Assembly (NCBI RefSeq): GCF_037042905.1
Contig: NC_087251.1
Location: 38,876,001 to 38,940,000, forward strand
Direction of reading: 5' to 3'
Length of the DNA: 64,000 bases
Origin: Lytechinus pictus
Lineage: Eukaryota
Under the pieces are notes generated by a model. That model saw only the letters and a program-made list of their open reading frames with translations. It was not told the DNA's origin and did no database searches. Every line of letters starts with the position of its first letter. Position 1 is the stretch's first letter. The position numbers and the translations under genes are program-made. Shown in pieces: positions 50,201 to 61,190 of the stretch.

Positions 50201-53200
50201 CTCTTGATTCTCGCTGTAACAATCGGTTAAGATGCTAAAACATCCCAGGGAGCGAAGACGGCTGATTTGGGGGGGTTTCGGGGGAAATATTGAACAAATA
50301 TTATTTTGCTCAATTTTGGACAATTTTGACCAATTTTCCATGTCGCGGTGGGGCGAGGGGGTCGAAAATTCAAACTCCCTGGATCCTCTTGATTCTCGCT
50401 GTAATAATCGGTTAGGATGCTAAAACATCCCAGGGAGCAAAGACGGCTGATTTGGGGGGGTTTCGGGGGAAATATTGAACAAATATTATTTTGGTCAATT
50501 TTTGCCAATTTTGCCCAATTTTCCATGTCGCGGTTGGGGCGAGGGGGTCGAAAATTCAAACTCCCTGGATCCTCTTGATTCTCGCTGTAATAATCGGTTA
50601 GGATGCTAAAGCATCCCAGGGAGCAAAGACGGCTGATTTGGGGGGGTTCTGGGGGAAATATTGAACAAATATTATTTTGCTCAATTTTGGCCAATTTTGC
50701 CGAATTTTCCATGTCGCAGGTGGGGCAATGGGGTCGAAAATTCAAACTCCCTGGATCCTCTTGATTCTCGCTGTTATAATCAGTTAGGATGCTAAAACAT
50801 TCCAGGGAGCGAAGACAGCTGATTTGGGGGGGTTCTGGGGGAAATATTGAACAAATATTATTTTGCTCAATTTTGGCCAATTTTGCCGAATTTTCCATGT
50901 CGCGGGTGGGGCAATGGGGTCGAAAATTCAAACTCTCTGGATCCTCTTGATTCTCGCTCGAATAATCGGTTAGGATGCTAAAACATCCTAAGGAGCAAGA
51001 CGGCTGATTTGGGGGGGTTTCAGGGGAAATATTGAACAAATATTATTTTGCTCAATTTTGGCCAATTTTGCCCAATTTTCCATGTCGCGGGTGGGGCGAG
51101 GGGGTCGAAAATTAAAACTCCCTGGATCCTCTTGATTCTCGCTGTAATAATCGGTTAGGATGCTCAAACATCCCAGGGAGCAAAGACGGCTGATTTGGGG
51201 GGGTTTCGGGGGAAATATTGAACAAATATTATTTTGCTCAATTTTTGCCAATTTTGCCCAATTTTCCATGTCGCCGGTGGGGCGAGGGGGTCGAAAATTC
51301 AAACTAGCTGGATCCTCTTGATTCTCGCTGTAATAATCGGTTAGGATGCTAAAACATTCCAGGGAGTGAAGACGGCTGATTTGGGGGGGTTCTGGGGGAA
51401 ATATTGAACAAATATTATTTTGCTCAATTTTGGCCAATTTTGCCCAATTTTCCATGTCGCGGGTGGGGCGAGGGGGTCAAAAATTCAAACTCCCTGGATC
51501 CTCTTGATTCTTGCTGTAATAATCGGTTAGGATGCTAAAACATCCCAGGGAGCGAAGTCGGCTGATTTGGGGGGGTTTCGGGGGAAATATTGAACAAATG
51601 TTATTTTGCTCAATTTTCGCCAATTTTGCCCAATTTTCCATGTCGCGGGTGGGGCGAGGGGGTCGAAAATTCAAACTCCCTGGATCCTCTTGATTCTCGC
51701 TGTAATAATCGGTTAGGATGCTAAAACATCCCAGGGAGCAAAGACGGCTGATTTGGGGGGGTTTCGGGGGAAATATTGAACAAATATTATTTTGCTCAAT
51801 TTTGGCCAATTTTGTCAAATTTTCCATGTCGCGGGTGGGGCGAGGGGGTCGAAAATTCAAACTCCCTGGATCCTCTTGATTCTCGCTGTAATAATCGGTT
51901 AGGATGCTAAAACATCCCAGGGAGCAAAGACGGCTGATTTGGGGGGGGTTTCGGGGGAAATATTGAACAAATATTATTTTGCTCAATTTTGCCCAATTTT
52001 CCATGTCGCGGTTGGGGCGAGCGGGTCGAAAATTCAAAGTCCCTGGATCTTCTTGATTCTCGCTGTAATAATCGGTTAGGATGCTAAAACATTCCAGGGA
52101 GCGAAGACAGCTGATTTGGGGGGGTTTCGGGGGAAATATTGAACAAATATTATTATGCTCAATTTTGGCCAATTTTGCCCAATTTTCCATGTCGCGGGTG
52201 GGGCGAGGGGGTCGAAAATTCAAACTCCCTGGATCCTCTTGATTCTCGCTGTAATAATCGATTAGGATGCTAAAACATCCCAGGGAGCGAAGACGGCTGA
52301 TTTGGGGGGGTTTCGGGGGAAATATTGAACAAATATTATTTTGCTCAATTTTGGCCAATTTTGCCCAATTTTCCATGTCGCGGGTGGGGCGAGGGGGTCA
52401 TAATTCAAACTCCCTGGATCCTCTTGATTCTTGCTGTAATAATCGGTTAGGATGCTAAAACATCCCAGGGAGCGAAGACTGCTGATTTAGGGGGGTTTCG
52501 GGGGAAATATTGAACAAATATTATTTTGGTCAATTTTTGCCAATTTTGCCCAATTTTTCATGTCGCGGGTGGGGCGAGGGGGTCGAAAATTCAAACTCCC
52601 TGGATCCTCTTGATTCTCGCTGTAATAATCGGTTAGGATGCTAAAACATCCCAGGGAGCAAAGACGGCTGATTTGGGGGGGTTTCGGGGGAAATATTGAA
52701 CAAATATTATTTTGCTCAATTTTGGCCAATTTTGTCAAATTTTCCATGTCGCGGGTGGGGCGAGGGGGTCGAAAATTCAAACTCCCTGGATCCTCTTGAT
52801 TCTCGCTGTAATAATCGGTTAGGATGCTAAAACATCCCAGGGAGCAAAGACGGCTGATTTGGGGGGGTTTCGGGGGAAATATTGAACAAATATTATTTTG
52901 CTCAATTTTTACCAATTTTGCCCAATTTTCCATGTCGCGGTTGGGGCGAGGGGGTCGAAAATTCAAAGTCCCTGGATCTTCTTGATTCTCGCTGTAATAA
53001 TCGGTTAGGATTCTAAAACATTCCAGGGAGCGAAGACAGCTGATTTGGGGGGGTTTCGGGGGAAATATTGAACAAATATTATTTTGCTCAATTTTGGCCA
53101 ATTTTGCCGAATTTTCCACGTCGCGGGTGGGGCAATGGGGTCGAAAATTCAAACTCCCTGGATCCTCTTGATTCTCGCTGTAATAATCGGTTAGGATGCT

Positions 53201-56200
53201 AAAACATCCTAAGGAGCAAAGACGGCTGATTTGGGGGGGTTTCAGGGGAAATATTGAACAAATATTATTTTGCTCAATTTTGGCAAATTTTCCCAATTTT
53301 CCATGTCGCGGGTGGGGCGAGGGGGTCGAAAATTAAAACTCCCTGGAACCTCTTGATTCTCGCTGTAATAATCGATTAGGATGCTAAAACATCCCAGGGA
53401 GCAAAGACGGCTGATTTGGGGGGATTTCGGGGGAAATATTGAACAAATATTATTTTGCTCAATTTTGGCCAATTTTGCCCAATTTTCCATGTCGCGGGTG
53501 GGGCGAGGGGGTCGAAAATTCAAACTCCCTGGATCCTCTTGATTCTTGCTGTAATAATCGGTTAGGATGCTAAAACATCCCAGGGAGCGAAGACGGCTGA
53601 TTTAGGGGGGTTTCGGGGGAAATATTGAACAAATATTATTTTGCTCAATTTTGGCCAATTTTGCCCAATTTTCCATGTCGCGGGTGGGGCGAGGGGGTCG
53701 AAAATTCAAACTCCCTGGATCCTCTTGATTCTCGCTGTAATAATCGGTTAGGATGCTAAAACATCCCAGGGAGCAAAGACGGCTGATTTGGGGGGGTTTC
53801 GGGGGAAATATTGAACAAATATTATTTTGCTCAATTTTGGCCAATTTTGTCAAATTTTCCATGTCGCGGGTGTGGCGAGGGGGTCGAAAATTCAAACTCC
53901 CTGGATCCTCTTGATTCTCGCTGTAATAATCGGTTAGGATGCTAAAACATCCCAGGGAGCAAAGACGGCTGATTTGGGGGGGTTTCGGGGGAAATATTGA
54001 ACAAATATTATTTTGCTCAATTTTGCCAAATTTTCCATGTCGCGGTTGGGGCGAGGGGGTCGAAAATTCAAAGTCCCTGGATCTTCTTGATTCTCGCTGT
54101 AATAATCGGTTAGGATGCTAAAACATTCCAGGGAGCGAAGACAGCTGATTTGGGGGGGTTTCGGGGGAAATATTGAACAAATATTATTTTGCTCAATTTT
54201 GGCCAATTTTGCCGAATTTTCCATGTCGCGGGTGGGGCAATGGGGTCGAAAATTCAAACTCCCTGGATCCTCTTGATTCTCGCTGTAATAATCGGTTAGG
54301 ATGCTAAAACATCCTAAGGAGCGAAGACGGCTGATTTGGGGGGGTTTCAGGGGAAATATTGAACAAATATTATTTTGCTCAATTTTGGCAAATTTTCCCA
54401 ATTTTCCATGTCGCGGGTGGGGCGAGGGGGTCGAAAATTAAAACTCCCTGGATCCTCTTGATTCTCGCTGTAATAATCACTTAGGATGCTAAAACATCCC
54501 AGGGAGCGAAGACGGCTGATTTTGGGGGGTTTCGGGGAAAATATTGAACAAATATTATTTTGCTCAATTTTGCCCAATTTTCCATGTCGCGGTGGGGCGA
54601 GGGGGTCGAAAATTCAAACTCCCTGGATCCTCTTGATTCTCGCTGTAATAATCGGTTAGGATGCTAAAACATCCCAGGGAGCAAAGACGGCTGATTTGGG
54701 GGGGTTTCGGGGGAAATATTGAACAAATATTATTTTGCTCAATTTTGGCCAATTTTGCCCAATTTTCCATGTCGCGGGTGGGGCGAGGGGGTCGAAAATT
54801 CAAACTCCCTTGATCCTCTTGATTCTTGCTGTAATAATCGGTTAGGATGCTAAAACATCCCAGGGAGCGAAGACGGCTGATTTAGGGGGGTTTCGGGTGA
54901 AATATTGAACAAATATTATTTTGCTCAATTTTGGCCAATTTTGCCCAATTTTCCATGTCGCCGGTGGGGCGAGGGGGTCGAAAATTCAAACTCCCTGGAT
55001 CCTCTTGATTCTCGCTGTAATAATCGATTAGGATGCTAAAACATCCCATGGAGCGAAGACGGCTGATTTGGGGGGGTTTCGGGGGAAATATTGAACAAAT
55101 ATTATTTTGCTCAATTTTGGCCAATTTTGCCCAATTTTCCATGTCGCGGGTGGGGCGAGGGGGTCGAAAATTCAAACTCCCTGGATCCTCTTGATTCTTG
55201 CTGTAATAATCGGTTAGGATGCTAAAACATCCCAGGGAGCGAAGACGGCTGATTTAGGGGGGTTTCGGGGGAAATATTGAACAAATATTATTTTGGTCAA
55301 TTTTGGCCAATTTTGCCCAATTTTCCATGTCGCGGTTGGGGCGAGGGGGTCGAAAATTCAAACTCCCTGGATCTTCTTGATTCTCGCTGTAATAATCGGT
55401 TAGGATGCTAAAACATCCCAGGGAGCAAAGACGGCTGATTTGGGGGGGTTTCGGGGGAAATATTGAACAAATATTATTTTGCTCAATTTTGGCCAATTTT
55501 GTCAAATTTTCCATGTCGCGGGTGGGGCGAGGGGGTCGAAAATTCAAACTCCCTGGATCCTCTTGATTCTCGCTGTAATAATCGGTTAGGATGCTAAAAC
55601 ATCCCAGGGAGCAAAGACGGCTGATTTGGGGGGGTTTCGGGGGAAATATTGAACAAATATTATTTTGCACAATTTTGCCCAATTTTCCATGTCGCGGTTG
55701 GGGCGAGGGGGTCGAAAATTCAAAGTCCCTGGATCTTCTTGATTCTCGCTGTAATAATCGGTTAGGATGCTAAAACATTCCAGGGAGCGAAGACAGCTGA
55801 TTTGGGGGGGTTTCGGGGGAAATATTGAACAAATATTATTTTGCTCAATTTTGGCCAATTTTGCCCAATTTTCCATGTCGCGGGTGGGGCGAGGGGGTCG
55901 AAAATTCAAACTCCCTGGATCCTCTTGATTCTTGCTGTAATAATCGGTTAGGATGCTAAAACATCCCAGGGAGCGAAGACGGCTGATTTAGGGGGGTTTC
56001 GGGTGAAATATTGAACAAATATTATTTTGCTCAATTTTGGCCAATTTTGCCCAATTTTCCATGTCGCGGGTGGGGCGAGGGGGTCGAAAATTCAAACTCC
56101 CTGGATCCTCTTGATTCTCGCTGTAATAATCGATTAGGATGCTAAAACATCCCATGGAGCGAAGACGGCTGATTTGGGGGGGTTTCGGGGGAAATATTGA

Positions 56201-59200
56201 ACAAATATTATTTTGCTCAATTTTGGCCAATTTTGCCCAATTTTCCATGTCGCGGTTGGGGCGAGGGGGTCGAAAATTCAAACTCCCTGGATCTTCTTGA
56301 TTCTCGCTGTAATAATCGGTTAGGATGCTAAAACATCCCAGGGAGCAAAGACGGCTGATTTGGGGGGGTTTCGGGGGAAATATTGAACAAATATTATTTT
56401 GCTCAATTTTGGCCAATTTTGTCAAATTTTCCATGTCGCGGGTGGGGCGAGGGGGTCGAAAATTCAAACTCCCTGGATCCTCTTGATTCTCACTGTAATA
56501 ATCGGTTAGGATGCTAAAACATCCCAGGGAGCAAAGACGGCTGATTTGGGGGGGTTTCGGGGGAAATATTGAACAAATATTATTTTGCTCAATTTTGCCC
56601 AATTTTCCATGTCGCGGTTGGGGCGAGGGGGTCGAAAATTCAAAGTCCCTGGATCTTCTTGATTCTCGCTGTAATAATCGGTTAGGATGCTAAAACATTC
56701 CAGGGAACGAAGACAGCTGATTTGGGGGGGTTTCGGGGGAAATATTGAACAAATATTATTTTGCTCAATTTTGGCCAATTTTGCCGAATTTTCCATGTCG
56801 CGGGTGGGGCAATGGGGTCGAAAATTCAAACTCCCTGGATCCTCTTGATTCTCGCTGTAATAATCGGTTAGGATGCTAAAACATCCTAAGGAGTGAAGAC
56901 GGCTGATTTGGGGGGGTTTCAGGGGAAATATTGAACAAATATTATTTTGCTCAATTTTGGCAAATTTTGCCCAATTTTCCATGTCGCGGTTGGGGCGAGG
57001 GGGTCGAAAATTCAAACTCCCTGGATCCTCTTGATTCTCACTGTAATAATCGGTTAGGATGCTAAAGCATCCCAGGGAGCAAAGACGGCTGATTTGGGGG
57101 GGTTTCGGGGGAAATATTGAATAAATATTATTTTGGTCAATTTTTCCAATTTTGCCCAATTTTCCATGTCGCGGTTGGGGCGAGGGGGTCGAAAATTCAA
57201 ACTCCCTGGATCCTCTTGATTCTCGCTGTAATAATCGGTTAGGATGCTAAAACATTCCAGGGAGCGAAGACGGCTGATTTGGGGGGGTTCTGGGGGAAAT
57301 ATTGAACAAATATTATTTTGCTCAATTTTGGCCAATTTTGCCCAATTTTCCATGTCGCGGGTGGGGCAATGGGGTCGAAAATTCAAACTCCCTGGATCCT
57401 CTTGATTCTCGCTGTAATAATCAGTTAGGATGCTAAAACATCCCAGGGAGCAAAGACGGCTGATTTGGGGGGGTTTCGGGGGAAATATTGAACAAATATT
57501 ATTTTGGTCAATTTTTGCCAATTTTGCCCAATTTTCCATGTCGCGGTTGGGGCGAGGGGGTCGAAAATTCAAACTCCCTGGATCCTCTTGATTCTCACTG
57601 TAATAATCGGTTAGGATGCTAAAGCATCCCAGGGAGCAAAGACGGCTGATTTGGGGGGGTTTCGGGGGAAATATTGAACAAATATTATTTTGGTCAATTT
57701 TTCCAATTTTGCCCAATTTTCCATGTGGCGGTTGGGGCGAGGGGGTCGAAAATTCAAACTCCCTGGATCCTCTTGATTCTCGCTGTAATAATCGGTTAGG
57801 ATGCTAAAACATTCCAGGGAGCGAAGACGGCTGATTTGGGGGGGTTCTGGGGGAAATATTGAACAAATATTATTTTGCTCAATTTTGGCCAATTTTGCCG
57901 AATTTTCCATGTCGCGGGTGGGGCAATGGGGTCGAAAATTCAAACTCCCTGGATCCTCTTGATTCTCGCTGTAATAATCAGTTAGGATGCTAAAACATTC
58001 CAGGGAGCGAAGACTGCTGATTTGGGGGGGTTCTGGGGGAAATATTGAACAAATATTATTTTGCTCAATTTTGGCAAATTTTGCTGAATTTTCCATGTCG
58101 CGGGTGGGGCAATGGGGTCGAAAATTCAAACTCTCTGGATCCTCTTGATTCTCGCTGTAATAATCGGTTAGGATGCTAAAACATCCTAAGGAGCAAGAAG
58201 GCTGATTTGGGGGGGTTTCAGGGGAAATATTGAACAAATATTATTTTGCTCAATTTTGGCCAATTTTGCCCAATTTTCCATGTCGCGGGTGGGGCGAGGG
58301 GGTCGAAAATTAAAACTCCCTGGATCCTCTTGATTCTAGCTGTAATAATCGGTTAGGATGCTAAAACATCCCAGGGAGCGAAGACGGCTGATTTGGGGGG
58401 GTTTCGGGGGAAATATTGAACAAATATTATTTTGCTCAATTTTGGCCAATTTTGCCCAATTTTCCATGTCGCGGTGGGGCGAGAGGGTCGAAAATTCAAA
58501 CTCCCTGGATCCTCTTGATTCTCGCTGTAATAATCGGTAAGGATGCTAAAACATCCCAGGGAGCAAAGACGGCTGATTTGGGGGGGTTTTGGGGGAAATA
58601 TTGAACAAATATTATTTTGGTCAATTTTTGCCAATTTTGCCCAATTTTCCATGTCGCGGTTGGGGCGAGGGGGTCGAAAATTCAAACTCCCTGGATCCTC
58701 TTGATTCTCGCTGTAATAATCGGTTAGGATGCTAAAACATTCCAGGGAGTGAAGACGGCTGATTTGGGGGGGTTCTGGGGGAAATATTGAACAAATATTA
58801 TTTTGCTCAATTTTGGCAAATTTTCCCGAATTTTCCATGTCGCGGGTAGGGCAATGGGCTCGAAAATTCAAACTCCCTGGATCCTCTTGATTCTCGCTGT
58901 AATAATCGGTTAGGATGCTAAAACATCCCAGGGAGCGAAGACGGCTGATTTAGGGGGGTTTCGGGGGAAATATTGAACAAATACTATTTTGCTCAATTTT
59001 GGCCAATTTTGCCAAATTTTCCATGTCGCGGGTGGGGCGAGGGGGTCAAAAATTCAAACTCCCTGGATCTTCTTGATTCTCGCTGTAATAATCGGTTAGG
59101 ATGCTAAAACATCCCAGGGAGCGAAGACGGCTGATTTAGGGGGGTTTCGGGGGAAATATTGAACAAATACTATTTTGCTCAATTTTTGCCAATTTTGCCA

Positions 59201-59399
59201 AATTTTCCATGTCGCGGGTGGGGCGAGGGGGTCAAAAATTCAAACTCCCTGGATCTTCTTGATTCTCGCTGTAATAATCGGTTAGGATGCTAAAACATCC
59301 CAGGGAGCGAAGTCGGCTGATTTGGGGGGGTTTCGGGGGAAATATTGAACAAATGTTATTTTGCTCAATTTTGGCCAATTTTGCCCAATTTTCCATGTC

Positions 59400-61190
59400 G
59401 CGGGTGGGGCGAGGGGGTCGAAAATTCAAACTCCCTGGATCCTCTTGATTCTCGCTGTAATAATCGGTTAGGATGCTAAAACATCCCAGGGAGCAAAGAC
59501 GGCTGATTTGGGGGGGTTTCGGGGGAAATATTGAACAAATATTATTTTGCTCAATTTTGGCCAATTTTGTCAAATTTTCCATGTCGCGGGTGGGGCGAGG
59601 GGGTCGAAAATTCAAACTCCCTGGATCCTCTTGATTCTCGCTGTAATAATCGGTTAGGATGCTAAAACATCCCAGGGAGCAAAGACGGCTGATTTGGGGG
59701 GGTTTCGGGGGAAATATTGAACAAATATTATTTTGCTCAATTTTGCCCAATTTTCCATGTCGCGGTTGGGGCGAGCGGGTCGAAAATTCAAAGTCCCTGG
59801 ATCTTCTTGATTCTCGCTGTAATAATCGGTTAGGATGCTAAAACATTCCAGGGAGCGAAGACAGCTGATTTGGGGGGGTTTCGGGGGAAATATTGAACAA
59901 ATATTATTTTGCTCAATTTTGGCCAATTTTGCCCAATTTTCCATGTCGCGGGTGGGGCGAGGGGGTCGAAAATTCAAACTCCCTGGATCCTCTTGATTCT
60001 CGCTGTAATAATCGATTAGGATGCTAAAACATCCCAGGGAGCGAAGACGGCTGATTTGGGGGGGTTTCGGGGGAAATATTGAACAAATATTATTTTGCTC
60101 AATTTTGGCCAATTTTGCCCAATTTTCCATGTCGCGGGTGGGGCGAGGGGGTCATAATTCAAACTCCCTGGATCCTCTTGATTCTTGCTGTAATAATCGG
60201 TTAGGATGCTAAAACATCCCAGGGAGCGAAGACTGCTGATTTAGGGGGGTTTCGGGGGAAATATTGAACAAATATTATTTTGGTCAATTTTCCATGTCGC
60301 GGGTGGGGCGAGGGGGTCGAAAATTCAAACTCCCTGGATCCTCTTGATTCTCGCTGTAATAATCGGTTAGGATGCTAAAACATCCCAGGGAGCAAAGACG
60401 GCTGATTTGGGGGGGTTTCGGGGGAAATATTGAACAAATATTATTTTGCTCAATTTTGGCCAATTTTGTCAAATTTTCCATGTCGCGGGTGGGGCGAGGG
60501 GGTCGAAAATTCAAACTCCCTGGATCCTCTTGATTCTCGCTGTAATAATCGGTTAGGATGCTAAAACATCCCAGGGAGCAAAGACGGCTGATTTGGGGGG
60601 GTTTCGGGGGAAATATTGAACAAATATTATTTTGCTCAATTTTGCCCAATTTTCCATGTCGCGGTTGGGGCGAGCGGGTCGAAAATTCAAAGTCCCTGGA
60701 TCTTCTTGATTCTCGCTGTAATAATCGGTTAGGATGCTAAAACATTCCAGGGAGCGAAGACAGCTGATTTGGGGGGGTTTCGGGGGAAATATTGAACAAA
60801 TATTATTTTGCTCAATTTTGGCCAATTTTGCCCAATTTTCCATGTCGCGGGTGGGGCGAGGGGGTCGAAAATTCAAACTCCCTGGATCCTCTTGATTCTC
60901 GCTGTAATAATCGATTAGGATGCTAAAACATCCCAGGGAGCGAAGACGGCTGATTTGGGGGGGTTTCGGGGGAAATATTGAACAAATATTATTTTGCTCA
61001 ATTTTGGCCAATTTTGCCCAATTTTCCATGTCGCGGGTGGGGCGAGGGGGTCATAATTCAAACTCCCTGGATCCTCTTGATTCTTGCTGTAATAATCGGT
61101 TAGGATGCTAAAACATCCCAGGGAGCGAAGACTGCTGATTTAGGGGGGTTTCGGGGGAAATATTGAACAAATATTATTTTGGTCAATTTT
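59400..61190. repeat. 5-monomer higher-order tandem duplication (899-bp offset)
   Basis: ORF pairs 59654/60553 and 60021/60920. Markers GCGAGCGGG and GTCATAATTC each occur twice, and the junction monomer carries a 20-bp deletion at about 60290. Confidence 0.88.
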
